Assembly (NCBI GenBank): GCA_019358915.1
Contig: JAHHIM010000006.1
Coordinates: 64,001-128,000, forward strand
Length of the DNA stretch: 64,000 nt
Reading direction: 5' to 3'
DNA from: Trichormus sp. ATA11-4-KO1
Lineage (GTDB): Bacteria > Cyanobacteriota > Cyanobacteriia > Cyanobacteriales > Nostocaceae
The notes below the pieces were generated by a model. The model was not told the DNA's origin. It saw only the letters and a program-made list of their open reading frames with translations, and did not search any database. Both the position numbers and the translations under genes were made by a program. Below are positions 1 through 9,568 of the stretch, piece after piece (position 1 is the first letter of the stretch; every line of letters starts with the position of its first letter).

Positions 1-393
1 CGGGAACTTTCCTGGCAAGTAGCCTCTAGTTTATTCATTAGCTTTAAATATGCTTGGGCAGGAATCAGCTATAGTTTTCAAACTCAACGCAACTTTCGCA
101 TTCACATAAGTGTTTGTGCTTTAGCGATCGCCTTAAGCATTTTCTTACATCTGCCAGCAGTGGAAATTGCTGTTATTGGTATAACTAGCGGTTTGGTTTT
201 GGCGCTGGAGTTAATCAATACAGCGATCGAATCTCTTGTGGACTTAACTGTAAAACAGACATATCACGATTTAGCAAAAATAGCCAAAGATTGCGCTGCT
301 GGTGCTGTACTTGTCTCTGCTTTGGTAGCAGTGCTGGTTGCTGGCACGCTCTTGCTTCCGCCTTTGGTAATTTTAATTATGTCAAATTTTTAG
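1..393 (+). CDS. dgkA: Diacylglycerol/undecaprenol kinase family protein, 5' end outside the window
   Basis: Frame 1 is open from base 1 (RELSWQVASSLFISFKYAWAGI...QRNFRIH). It has the ELINTAIESLVD and AKIAKDCAAGAVL motifs of prokaryotic DAGK. Confidence 0.9.
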   Translation, partial: RELSWQVASSLFISFKYAWAGISYSFQTQRNFRIHISVCALAIALSIFLHLPAVEIAVIGITSGLVLALELINTAIESLVDLTVKQTYHDLAKIAKDCAAGAVLVSALVAVLVAGTLLLPPLVILIMSNF

Positions 394-585
394 ATTTGCT
401 TGCTGATGCCACCTTGTCTGATAAGATTTTGAAATGTTTCCTAGATGGTGACCTCAGGCAAAAAAAATATATGTCTGCTATCAGCAGAGAAATTTTTTTT
501 AATTAATCACAATGACCTTCACAGCAATTCTCATCTGGTAACAATTAAATATAGTATGAGTAATAGAAACCAGGAGTTATAGGCT

Positions 586-1185
586 GTGATTATAGTTATC
601 GATAATTACGACAGCTTTACATATAATTTGGTGCAGTATCTGGGAGAACTAGCAGCAGAGTTTCCTGTAGCATCGGATATTCAAGTTTTTCGCAACGACA
701 AAATATCAGTAGATGAAATTCGCGCCTTAAATCCTGAGGTAATAGTCATTTCTCCTGGACCCGGCCGCCCAGAAGATGCCGGAATATCCCTAGATTTGAT
801 TGCACAACTAGGTCATAACTTTCCCATTTTGGGTGTATGTTTGGGACATCAAAGCATTGGGCAAGTATTTGGTGGTAAAATCGTCTCTGCTCCAGAGTTA
901 ATGCATGGTAAAACTTCTCAGGTATCTCACACAGGAGTAGGTGTTTTCCAGGGATTAGTAAATCCTCTGGTCGCAACCAGATATCACAGTCTGGTAATTG
1001 ACCGTGAAACTTGCCCTGAAGTATTAGAAATCACTGCTTGGGTTGAAGATGGCACAATTATGGGAGTGCGACATCGGAACTATCCCCACATTCAGGGCGT
1101 CCAGTTTCATCCAGAGAGTGTCCTTACATCTTCAGGAAAACAGTTGCTGCGAAACTTTCTGGAACAATTACAGTTAAGAGAGTGA
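586..1185 (+). CDS. trpG: Anthranilate/aminodeoxychorismate synthase component II (class I glutamine amidotransferase)
   Basis: [24 protein letters not shown] and QFHPES motifs; AGGAG RBS upstream. Confidence 0.93.
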   Translation: MIIVIDNYDSFTYNLVQYLGELAAEFPVASDIQVFRNDKISVDEIRALNPEVIVISPGPGRPEDAGISLDLIAQLGHNFPILGVCLGHQSIGQVFGGKIVSAPELMHGKTSQVSHTGVGVFQGLVNPLVATRYHSLVIDRETCPEVLEITAWVEDGTIMGVRHRNYPHIQGVQFHPESVLTSSGKQLLRNFLEQLQLRE

Positions 1186-1955
1186 TCATGAAACGACGAC
1201 AGTTGATGGGCTATGCTGGAGCAGGGTTAGTTACAGCTCTGGTTACTACATTGGGTTCCCACCGAAAAGCTGACGCACAATCTAGCGGTTTATCAGTTCA
1301 GTGGTTGGGTCATACTTGCTTTCTATTTACTGGTGGCGGAGTAAAAATTCTCGTTAATCCATTTCAGACTATTGGTTGCACAGCTGGTTATCGTCCACCC
1401 AAAGTTGTGGCAGATTTAGTACTGATTAGTAGTCAATTGCTGGATGAAGGTGCGGTGGATGGACTACCAGGAAATCCTAAGCTAGTATATGCACCGGGCG
1501 TTTATGAATTCCAAGGTATTAAGTTACAGGGAATTCCCATAGATCACGATCGCAAAGGTGGTAGACAGTTCGGCATAAACACCGCTTGGAGTTGGCAGCA
1601 AGGGGGAATTAATATCCTACACCTAGGAGGAGCTGCTGCACCTATTTCCATTGAGCAAAAAATCCTCATGGGACGTCCAGATGTGGCGTTAATACCTGTG
1701 GGAGGTAGTGCCAAAGCATACAACGCTCAAGAAGCCAAGCAAGCGGCTGAAGTATTAAATCCTCAGATAATCATTCCCACTCATTACCGCACACAAGCGG
1801 CTGATGCTGCTGCATGTGATATTTCGCCACTGGATGACTTTTTGACTTTGATGCAGGGCATGACAGTACGTCGTAGTAATAGTGATAGTATTGCCATTAG
1901 CTCTGGTAATTTACCAGAAAATAGTGTAATTCAAGTTTTAAGTTACAAGTTTTAA
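1182..1955 (+). CDS. MBL-fold metallo-hydrolase-like protein with Tat signal peptide
   Basis: KRRQL twin-arginine N-terminus; WLGHTCF, HLGG and IPTHY motifs; the HxHxDH motif is degenerate (SSQLLDE). Confidence 0.8.
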   Translation: MIMKRRQLMGYAGAGLVTALVTTLGSHRKADAQSSGLSVQWLGHTCFLFTGGGVKILVNPFQTIGCTAGYRPPKVVADLVLISSQLLDEGAVDGLPGNPKLVYAPGVYEFQGIKLQGIPIDHDRKGGRQFGINTAWSWQQGGINILHLGGAAAPISIEQKILMGRPDVALIPVGGSAKAYNAQEAKQAAEVLNPQIIIPTHYRTQAADAAACDISPLDDFLTLMQGMTVRRSNSDSIAISSGNLPENSVIQVLSYKF

Positions 1956-2011
1956 AGAAACACGTATAAACTAAAAACCTACATTGATGATTGCAGTGAG
2001 TATAGGTAGTC

Positions 2012-2120
2012 AGCCCTTTTGACGAAATTTTAGAATTTCCACCTTTGTGGTTTAAAAGTTATTTTTCTACCACTAAGACACTAAGACACCAAGAAAAATA
2101 CATGACACCCTAAAAGGGCT
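2012..2120. mobile_element. Small MITE-like insert between convergent genes
   Basis: Terminal inverted repeat AGCCCTTTT/AAAAGGGCT with internal tandem CACTAAGA octamers. Confidence 0.4.
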
Positions 2121-2135
2121 AATGTAGATAGTTTA

Positions 2136-2987
2136 CTATTTTCTTTGAGGAATGACATTCCTGATGCCGCTTTTACAGCTAGTATCACCTTTGTAACGAG
2201 GGATGATATGAATGCTAGTGTGCATAATATTTTGACCAGCTTCTCGATTAATATTCATGCCTATATTAAAGCCATCAGGGTCAAATTCTGCCTTGAGAAT
2301 TTCTTGTACTTTGTTCACCATAAACCAGCAGGCAGATTGCTCTTTTAATGGTAGATCAAAGTAGTTACTAACATGACGTTTAGGTATAACTAAAATATGT
2401 CCTTTACTTATAGGGTAGCCATCAAAAATAGCATAGGCTGTTGCTGATTCAGTTAATAATTTGAGATTTTTATGGGGATTACAAAATATACAGTAATTAG
2501 ATGTATGCCGTTGCTGATTATAATGAACATACTGATATAATTCTCGATGCTCATCTAAATAAATTGAATTAAATGGCAGTTTAACAATACATTGATATGT
2601 AGGTTTTTTATGAATATAATGTTCTCGAAACCCTACTTTTTTGATATCTCTTCTCACGGCATAGTAAGCTTTACCTCCTGGTTTCAATAAATGTGATATT
2701 TGCATCAGCACATTAGCTTGTTCTTCAGAAAATAAAACATTTAAAACGTAAAAACAAATGATTGTATCAAACTTATCTTGAGGATATTGGGGAAAATAAT
2801 AAGGGTCGTAGCCTGTAATATCGCAGCCTTTTTGATGTAATAATTTAAAATCATTACCAAAGCCACAACCAAAATCTAGTATTTTACCTTGCAGCAGATT
2901 TTGATTTAATAAAAATTGTGCAGGGAATGACAAGTAATTTCTTTCTATTGCTGTGAGATGATTGAATTGATTTTTTTGCTGTTTCAT
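2136..2987 (-). CDS. Bifunctional class I SAM-dependent methyltransferase / HIT-family hydrolase fusion
   Basis: ILDFGCGFG SAM motif at the N-terminus; CIFC, YPISKGHILVIPKRH and HTSIHIIPR HIT-like motifs at the C-terminus. Confidence 0.85.
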   Translation of the reverse strand: MKQQKNQFNHLTAIERNYLSFPAQFLLNQNLLQGKILDFGCGFGNDFKLLHQKGCDITGYDPYYFPQYPQDKFDTIICFYVLNVLFSEEQANVLMQISHLLKPGGKAYYAVRRDIKKVGFREHYIHKKPTYQCIVKLPFNSIYLDEHRELYQYVHYNQQRHTSNYCIFCNPHKNLKLLTESATAYAIFDGYPISKGHILVIPKRHVSNYFDLPLKEQSACWFMVNKVQEILKAEFDPDGFNIGMNINREAGQNIMHTSIHIIPRYKGDTSCKSGIRNVIPQRK

Positions 2988-3119
2988 TTTCCCCTGTCTT
3001 CAGGTGCATCTCGTTCTAACCAAACCATCTGGAGATTGGCTTCTCTGCTTTTTTAGGTAGCTATAGTTAATGATTTTGCTCATATCTTCAGGCGATCGCA
3101 TCAGCATCAACACTTAAAA

Positions 3120-3152
3120 AGATCCCCGACTTCTTGAAGAAGTCGGGGATCT
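3120..3152. repeat. 33-bp palindromic dispersed repeat, copy 1
   Basis: AGATCCCCGACTTCT-TGA-AGAAGTCGGGGATCT; other copies at 17881, 35696 and 36262. Confidence 0.85.
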
Positions 3153-3327
3153 GAGTCTCTTGAGTACTATATCTATTTTGGGAAACGTATATATACACAC
3201 AGACAACAAACTATAAATTAAAATAAAGAAATTTGTTTTTTCCCTATCCTAGATAATAGAATAAGAATCGTAACTGGAGATACAGATATTTGATTTGTCA
3301 TTCTATCTACCTCATATTTACGAGTAA

Positions 3328-3527
3328 GTGAGTACAACTTAATATATTGCAAAATAACTTGCCTAATTCGCTGCAAAGACTTACAGGTAAAGTTTTTTGT
3401 AGTGAGTACAGAAATTCTTAACCCTCTACCCAAAAAAAACTAGTACCCCCATTGTGAAACACTAGCACCCCTACCCCAAGATAAATTTTAAATTTCTGTT
3501 AAATAAGGATTTTAAGGTGTGAGTACA
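3328..3527 (+). promoter_or_regulatory. Three GTGAGTACA boxes upstream of cysE/nifP (candidate CnfR/PatB-type nif promoter motifs)
   Basis: Exact GTGAGTACA at 3328-3336, 3402-3410 and 3519-3527; a GTGAGTATA variant at 5282-5290 upstream of nifV. Confidence 0.6.
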
Positions 3528-3636
3528 GCCTTAATTAATCCAATAAATCCAATCGATATTGGATGTACTGTCCAGTTGGGAGCCACCTGATATAAGCATA
3601 AAAATAGCACATGGCTCCTTTAACCAGACACTACCG

Positions 3637-4404
3637 ATGCAACAGTCATTAAACAGTATCAAAAATACCAAGACTGCAATCATGCCGGATTCTCCAAAGA
3701 CATCGCTGCTGGCAAATTTACTCTGTGGCAGTTTTTTGGAGCCATTATTGAGTGATTTTCAGATCATCTTTGAACGTGATCCAGCCGCACGTAATTGGCT
3801 AGAAGTAATGTTTTGCTACCCTGGATTGCACGCACTTTGTTTGCATCGTCTCGCCCATTGGTTGCACCATCGGGGAGTGGGTTTTATCCCGCGTTTGATT
3901 TCACACTGGGGTCGGTTTTTCACAGGAATTGAAATTCACCCAGGTGCGAAGATTGGCAAGGGTGTGTTTATCGACCATGGGATGGGCGTTGTGATTGGTG
4001 AAACTGCCATCGTGGGAGACTATACACTGATTTACCAGGGTGTCACCCTTGGCGGAACTGGCAAAGAAAGTGGTAAGCGTCATCCCACACTAGGTAAAAA
4101 CGTTGTGGTGGGTGCAGGTGCAAAAGTGTTGGGTAATATTCAAATTAGCGATCGCGTCCGCATTGGTGCAGGTTCAATTGTTTTGCGCGATGTCCCCCCA
4201 GATTCTACCGTCGTCGGGATTCCGGGGCGAATTATCTCCCATAAACAAAGCACCAACCTCTGTCCCCTAGAACACGGAAAGCTTCCCGACGAGCAAGCAA
4301 CTGTCATTAGTTCTTTGCTTTCCCGCATTGAACAATTAGAACAACAACTGCAATCCCTGAATATGCAACCCCAGGACAAAGAACTTGTGACAAAGGATCA
4401 TTAA
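3637..4404 (+). CDS. cysE: Serine O-acetyltransferase, nif-associated (NifP)
   Basis: [24 protein letters not shown] and [13 protein letters not shown] hexapeptide motifs. The ORF track starts at 3559; ATG 3637 or 3681 is more likely. Confidence 0.93.
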   Translation: MQQSLNSIKNTKTAIMPDSPKTSLLANLLCGSFLEPLLSDFQIIFERDPAARNWLEVMFCYPGLHALCLHRLAHWLHHRGVGFIPRLISHWGRFFTGIEIHPGAKIGKGVFIDHGMGVVIGETAIVGDYTLIYQGVTLGGTGKESGKRHPTLGKNVVVGAGAKVLGNIQISDRVRIGAGSIVLRDVPPDSTVVGIPGRIISHKQSTNLCPLEHGKLPDEQATVISSLLSRIEQLEQQLQSLNMQPQDKELVTKDH

Positions 4405-4406
4405 CT

Positions 4407-4652
4407 ATGTACTCATCTAATAGTTTTGACCCCTCAGAAGATCAAGTTTTGCAGATTCCTTTAGGCGATCGCTGGCGAATTTGTCATCGTTTGCAAGAGT
4501 TGATGATTCCCTGTTCTTGTCACACTGATGGTTCTTTGCGAGTACAGGTAAATAATTTACTGGAAGTGATTTTGATTCGCAGTACCGTGAAGCAATTTCT
4601 CGCTTCTCGTCATGAATTAGTTGAGTGGCTAGAGCGTTGCTGGGATTTATAA
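4407..4652 (+). CDS. Asr1405/Asl0597-like conserved cyanobacterial protein
   Basis: DRWRICHRLQELMIPCSC...LVEWLERCW pattern; position downstream of nifP. Confidence 0.75.
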   Translation: MYSSNSFDPSEDQVLQIPLGDRWRICHRLQELMIPCSCHTDGSLRVQVNNLLEVILIRSTVKQFLASRHELVEWLERCWDL

Positions 4653-4792
4653 GTGCTTCTAAAAGTGCTGAGTGCTGAGTCAGAAGATGTGCAGTATATC
4701 AACTCCTTCTCTGCGTGAGACAAATAAATATTCCTCCAAGAGGTTGAAAATTGTTGACTTATTTACCCAATCAATAAATTGAAATTCCCACT

Positions 4793-4990
4793 ATGGCAAC
4801 CTGTAGCAGTGAGATAAAATTCATTAATTTTTTACATAAAGAACTCGAACTTACAAATGCAGATATTGCTGTAGCGTTACGACACCGTGACATTGATAAT
4901 GGCCCCTTACCAATGCTTCTTTGGCAATATGGCCTAGTTAACTTAGAGCAACTAGAACGAATTTTAGATTGGCTAGATGACCAACATTAG
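4793..4990 (+). CDS. DUF2949 family protein
   Basis: GPLPMLLWQYGLVNLEQLERILDWL signature. Confidence 0.85.
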   Translation: MATCSSEIKFINFLHKELELTNADIAVALRHRDIDNGPLPMLLWQYGLVNLEQLERILDWLDDQH

Positions 4991-5072
4991 CAGATTTTAA
5001 ATTTGCTTTGAGAGCGTTCTCTTGCTTACACAACAACGAGTCAACAACTTGTAATTCTACGAGGATAATTCC

Positions 5073-5192
5073 ATGATTGTTACCTTAATGGCTGGATTTG
5101 GTATCTTGCTTTTTTCGGGTTTTGCTAATAGCTATATTAGCTATCTGTTACTCGAAAAAACTTTGCCTAGCAACGGTAAAAATAATTTCTAA
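5073..5192 (+). CDS. Putative 39-aa small membrane protein, not in the ORF track
   Basis: GAGGA RBS, then MIVTLMAGFGILLFSGFANSYISYLLLEKTLPSNGKNNF*; one hydrophobic segment; co-oriented within the nif cluster. Confidence 0.5.
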   Translation: MIVTLMAGFGILLFSGFANSYISYLLLEKTLPSNGKNNF

Positions 5193-5396
5193 ATTATACC
5201 CACATTTGGTTTTCTGTCATACAGATGTGATATTGGTATTTGGCTAATATTAAAGAATCATGAAGATGAACTATTAATTCTGTGAGTATATAGCATTTAC
5301 CATTCATCATTCAGCATTTGTATTAGGCATTTACCATTACCAGAAATGGGAAATCGGCTCACAAAGCATATTAAGTAATAAAGATTCCTAAGAGGG

Positions 5397-6536
5397 ATGT
5401 TTGAGATGAATGAAATCTTAATTAATGACACTACATTACGTGATGGCGAACAAGCCGCAGGTGTTGCTTTTACCTTTGAAGAGAAAATAGCGATCGCTAA
5501 ATTTCTTGATGCCATTGGTGTTCCGGAATTGGAAGTGGGAATTCCCGCAATGGGTGAGGCAGAAACTCACGCCATATTAGCAATTTCTGACTTGGGTTTG
5601 CAAGCAAGATTGTTGGGTTGGAATCGCGCTGTCATTTCTGATATCAAAGCTTCCATTACCTGTGGTCTGAAACGAGTGCATATTGCTATTCCTGTTTCTG
5701 GCATTCAAATCGCTGCTAAATTTCATGGACAATGGCGGGTAAGTTTGCAAAAACTCAAAGATTGTATCAGCTTCGCCGTTGATCAAGGTCTTTGGGTGGC
5801 AGTAGGCGGCGAAGATTCCTCTAGAGCTGATCCCAATTTTCTCTTGGATGTAGCACTTTATGCTCAAGAATGGGGCGCATCACGGTTTCGCTTCTGCGAC
5901 ACTGTAGGTGTCCTCGACCCCTTTAGCACCTACGCCAAAGTTAAAGGATTAGTTGCAGCTTTGTCAATTCCCCTAGAAATTCATACCCACAACGATTTTG
6001 GTTTAGCCACAGCCAACGCCTTAGCTGGGATCAAAGCTGGAGCTGCATCTGTAAATACCACCGTTAACGGGTTAGGTGAACGCGCGGGAAATGCCGCTTT
6101 AGAAGAAGTTGTCATGTCAATCAAACGCATCTATGGCGTTGATTTGGGTATTGACACGCCGCGTTTGTTGGAACTATCTCAACTGGTAGCTGCGGCCTCA
6201 AATTCTCATGTACCACCTTGGAAAGCAATTGTTGGTGAAAATACCTTTGCTCATGAATCGGGAATTCATGCTCACGGCGTACTACAAAACCCCATCACCT
6301 ACGAACCATTTGCCCCTGAAGAGGTAGGTTGGGAACGACGTTTAGTAGTGGGTAAGCATTCAGGAAGGCATTTAGTTACCAGTTTGCTACAGCAACACGG
6401 CATTTTTCTTAACCCTGAAGAAACCCAATCTGTGTTGGATGCAGTACGTCAACAGTCAGTCAAGCAAAAACGCAATTTGACAGTAGAAGAACTTTTGAAC
6501 TTGGTAAAAGAACAGAGGTATTCTCATGCAACGTGA
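5397..6536 (+). CDS. nifV: Homocitrate synthase
   Basis: [31 protein letters not shown] and GKHSG motifs; adjacent to nifZ and nifT. Confidence 0.95.
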   Translation: MFEMNEILINDTTLRDGEQAAGVAFTFEEKIAIAKFLDAIGVPELEVGIPAMGEAETHAILAISDLGLQARLLGWNRAVISDIKASITCGLKRVHIAIPVSGIQIAAKFHGQWRVSLQKLKDCISFAVDQGLWVAVGGEDSSRADPNFLLDVALYAQEWGASRFRFCDTVGVLDPFSTYAKVKGLVAALSIPLEIHTHNDFGLATANALAGIKAGAASVNTTVNGLGERAGNAALEEVVMSIKRIYGVDLGIDTPRLLELSQLVAAASNSHVPPWKAIVGENTFAHESGIHAHGVLQNPITYEPFAPEEVGWERRLVVGKHSGRHLVTSLLQQHGIFLNPEETQSVLDAVRQQSVKQKRNLTVEELLNLVKEQRYSHAT

Positions 6537-6792
6537 TGAATTAGAGTTGAATTTGCCACCTGTTTTTGAAATTGGGCAAAAAGTCAGAATTCGCAAACTG
6601 ATCAAAAATGATGGTACATTTCCCGGTCAAGAAATCGGGGCAGTTTTAGCGAAAAAAGGAGATATTGGCTACATTGCAAGTATAGGTACATTTTTACAGA
6701 ATTCCTATATTTATGCCGTACATTTTTTAGATACAGGGTTCGTCGTTGGTTGTCGGAAAAAAGAACTAGAATCTGTTGAGGAGAATTCATGA
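6526..6792 (+). CDS. nifZ: Nitrogen fixation protein NifZ
   Basis: [19 protein letters not shown] and VGCRKKEL motifs. Confidence 0.95.
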   Translation: MQRDELELNLPPVFEIGQKVRIRKLIKNDGTFPGQEIGAVLAKKGDIGYIASIGTFLQNSYIYAVHFLDTGFVVGCRKKELESVEENS

Positions 6793-6992
6793 AAGTAATG
6801 CTAAGGATGAATGATGCCGGAAATTTGGTTGCCTACGTTGCCAAAAAAGACCTTGAAGAAGAAGTAGTCAAACAAACAGATGGGAATGAGGGAAAAATTC
6901 TCACCTTAGCAAATGGTTGGGAGTTAGAATTTCGTGAATTGCCAGACGTAGCAAACTTACCCCTAACTGTAGAAGCTAAACGCCTTGCATAA
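6789..6992 (+). CDS. nifT: Nitrogen fixation protein NifT/FixU
   Basis: MKVMLR...YVAKKDLEE...LANGW...LPLTVEAK; ATGA overlap with nifZ. Confidence 0.95.
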   Translation: MKVMLRMNDAGNLVAYVAKKDLEEEVVKQTDGNEGKILTLANGWELEFRELPDVANLPLTVEAKRLA

Positions 6993-7107
6993 CAAGAGTG
7001 CTGAGTGCTGAGTTTTGAGTGTGGAGTGATGAGTTAAAGAAAGTTATGATTCAAAACTCCTAACTCCTAACTTTTAATTCCTAAATTCTATTTATCTTGA
7101 CTCGAAC

Positions 7108-7662
7108 ATGGGTAATAAATATCTGACGTTATCGGAATTGAATCTTGAGGGACAGTTCTTAGGTTTTGTTGGTGATAAGCCAGGGAAATATAAATACTTG
7201 CAATTGGAAATCTCATCAGGAAATGTCCAAATTAAGCTTCCTAAAGAGTTGCGCCGGACTTTGATTTCATCTTTAATACCTGGTGAGCCAATTAGCGTTT
7301 GTGGTATCAGTAAATTGAATCCGCATACAGGTAAAATTAAACTCAAAGCTTATCGGGTAAATTCAATTGATAGTTGCCAAGATCAGAATTTACCATCTTC
7401 ATCTCAAGCAAAGATCATGGTGTGTCAAAAAGCTGGTTGCCTCAAGCGGGGTGGTAAAGGTTTATTGTCAGACTTAGAAAAGACTTTATGCGATCGCGGT
7501 TTGTTGGATCAAGTCAAAATTGAGCGCACTGGTTGCCAAAAACGCTGTAGCAGCGCTCCCAACTGCATTTTACAGCTTGGGAAAAAGAAATACAAAAAAG
7601 TTAATCCAGAGGCGATCGCATCGCTGTTGGAAAATCACTTACATAATTTAGGTCTTGACTAA
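7108..7662 (+). CDS. Thioredoxin-like (2Fe-2S) ferredoxin domain protein with an N-terminal OB-like region
   Basis: C-terminal VCQKAGC...TGCQKRCSSAPN cysteine pattern; follows nifT. Confidence 0.8.
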   Translation: MGNKYLTLSELNLEGQFLGFVGDKPGKYKYLQLEISSGNVQIKLPKELRRTLISSLIPGEPISVCGISKLNPHTGKIKLKAYRVNSIDSCQDQNLPSSSQAKIMVCQKAGCLKRGGKGLLSDLEKTLCDRGLLDQVKIERTGCQKRCSSAPNCILQLGKKKYKKVNPEAIASLLENHLHNLGLD

Positions 7663-7732
7663 TCAACGGGAGGTCATGATTTGACGTTTCACGTTATCAG
7701 GAAAAGTCTTATGTGACCTCCTTTGTGATGAT

Positions 7733-8203
7733 TTAATTCAAAATTTCTGTTAACTTTGCCAATAAACTATTTGCTAAGTTTAATAGCCTCTCATTATCTA
7801 TATCAACATTTTCATTCTCACCAGCTAGTAGATTTCTTACAATAGATAACCTGTCATCCACTTCAGGAATTCTCCAACACTCTTCTAGGTTGACTGCTAA
7901 ATCAAACAGGGTAAGGGGCGTTTTTTCTTCAGAGGCTTGGTCTTTTAAATGCTGCCTTATCCTTACAGCTATATCATCATCACTTACTAAAAATTCTTTA
8001 ATCGCATCTAATAGCTGATTACCTAAAATTTCATCATGTCCCCAAGTTTCTAACCAATCTCCATTAGCATCTTCAACGTATAAATTAACAAAATCTACTC
8101 CGTAAGTTAGCCAGTCATGCTGCATTTTTCTCGCTGTTGCTAAAGCTTGAGTAAATGCATCTACTGAATTTTCGTAGCTGTTAGTTTGTTGTCGGTTAGC
8201 CAT
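7733..8203 (-). CDS. Hypothetical acidic helical protein
   Basis: 156-aa ORF with no recognised motif. Confidence 0.65.
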   Translation of the reverse strand: MANRQQTNSYENSVDAFTQALATARKMQHDWLTYGVDFVNLYVEDANGDWLETWGHDEILGNQLLDAIKEFLVSDDDIAVRIRQHLKDQASEEKTPLTLFDLAVNLEECWRIPEVDDRLSIVRNLLAGENENVDIDNERLLNLANSLLAKLTEILN

Positions 8204-8230
8204 ATAAGCTGTGATGAGCAGATAAGTATG

Positions 8231-8354
8231 TAAGTAGGTGGGTGGGAAAATTTATCGCTAAGATAAGGCAGAAGGCAGAAGGCAGAAGGGAAGAGGGTTT
8301 TAAGCTGATTCATTTTTCTTTACATAGTTGATTTTATTTGTGCCTACCTACTTA
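8231..8354 (+). mobile_element. MITE family A, copy 1
   Basis: Terminal inverted repeats TAAGTAGGTGGG...CCTACCTACTTA and internal GGCAGAA heptamers; near-identical to 11545-11675 (inverted) and 27872-28095. Confidence 0.85.
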
Positions 8355-8394
8355 GGGCCAAACAAAAATCTTGAATATTTAATTGTTCAAAGCA

Positions 8395-9087
8395 TTAAGA
8401 AAATTTCAAATACTTGCCACCAGAAAGACAATCACTGTTATACATTGCTATGTTGACCAACTGCTTAATATAATTGGCATTTTTAGGATTGTAACTTAAA
8501 AATAATCCTCTTTCTATTTCCCATGAGTGCAGTGTGTTTTGCCAATAATGATACTTTTGATGATTAAATTCTTCAGATACACTGGTAACTTGAATGCATA
8601 GTGGTTTTGCTTGATGACTACTAACAATTAAATCTGTTGCCATTGAAAGGTCGGCGATATAACGCTGCCAAACACTGCCTTCACGTTGGACAATATCTTG
8701 AGCTATAGCTTTAATGATATCATCATCTCCTTGATTAAATTCTCCTGCCATCAGTTTTTGTTTCCAAATATAAAACTTGGAATCAGTTGCATTTATCCAT
8801 TTAGGAAAGAGATAACTATACCAATATCTTTCATTAGGCGTCATTTGCTCAAACTTTGCTGTTTGTTCTTCTTCCGAAGGTAATGATTTAATAATCAGCC
8901 AAATGGTAGAATCTGTAATCACCTCTAGGAGAAAAGCCAGAACAAAAGGCTTAGCAGTCAGGGAACCAGGCTTAATATTTTTTACCCAGCGATTAATTTC
9001 ACTCAATTTTTTAGCCAAGTTAGTGTCTATCGAGGAGGCTTGCTCGATGAGGGACTTTAGTTGCTCCTTGATCTCTTGTGCTTGCAA
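8395..9087 (-). CDS. Hypothetical protein with a possible C-terminal restriction-endonuclease-like fold
   Basis: 230-aa ORF; ADLSMATDLIV...LCIQVT resembles a PD-(D/E)xK variant (weak). Confidence 0.65.
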   Translation of the reverse strand: MQAQEIKEQLKSLIEQASSIDTNLAKKLSEINRWVKNIKPGSLTAKPFVLAFLLEVITDSTIWLIIKSLPSEEEQTAKFEQMTPNERYWYSYLFPKWINATDSKFYIWKQKLMAGEFNQGDDDIIKAIAQDIVQREGSVWQRYIADLSMATDLIVSSHQAKPLCIQVTSVSEEFNHQKYHYWQNTLHSWEIERGLFLSYNPKNANYIKQLVNIAMYNSDCLSGGKYLKFS

Positions 9088-9568
9088 ACGACACCCTACT
9101 TTCAGTAACTAACTCTTGGTTGAATTATTTATAACTAATTAGACTGATATATATCTTTGTTAACAGAAAAAATTAATCTTTTCATTGTGTACGCTACTCT
9201 AAAAGATTTACATAAATATAACTGCTACCTTAGTAGCATAAAATAATTTTAAGCTAATTGCCATACTAGTACAGCCAAACAGCCTAGTAACTCAGTATAA
9301 CAGTCTTGCGACTTCCGTGTTTTTCGTTTGTTAGGAGTGTACTTCGACTGCGCTCAGTAACCAGGGAGTTGGGAATGGGAAAATAGTATAAGTTATTTCT
9401 CCTGTGCATAATTCCAGGGTGCTACTGGTGGGTTTTCAAGCTTGCTGTACTATCTTGTAAACTGAGTAACTTAAGTAATTTCTGCCCAGCTTAATGAAAA
9501 TCTAAATCTGCTTGGGACAAATCCGCTAACAATAGTTTTCAGCAACAATACTGGTCACGGTCATCACT

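Noticed and set aside
3218..3433. 71-aa ORF upstream of cysE
   Set aside because: It coincides with the motif-bearing nifP promoter region and has no recognisable features.
3637..7662. nif excision element or interrupted nif gene
   Set aside because: All nif ORFs here are intact and no recombinase is present.
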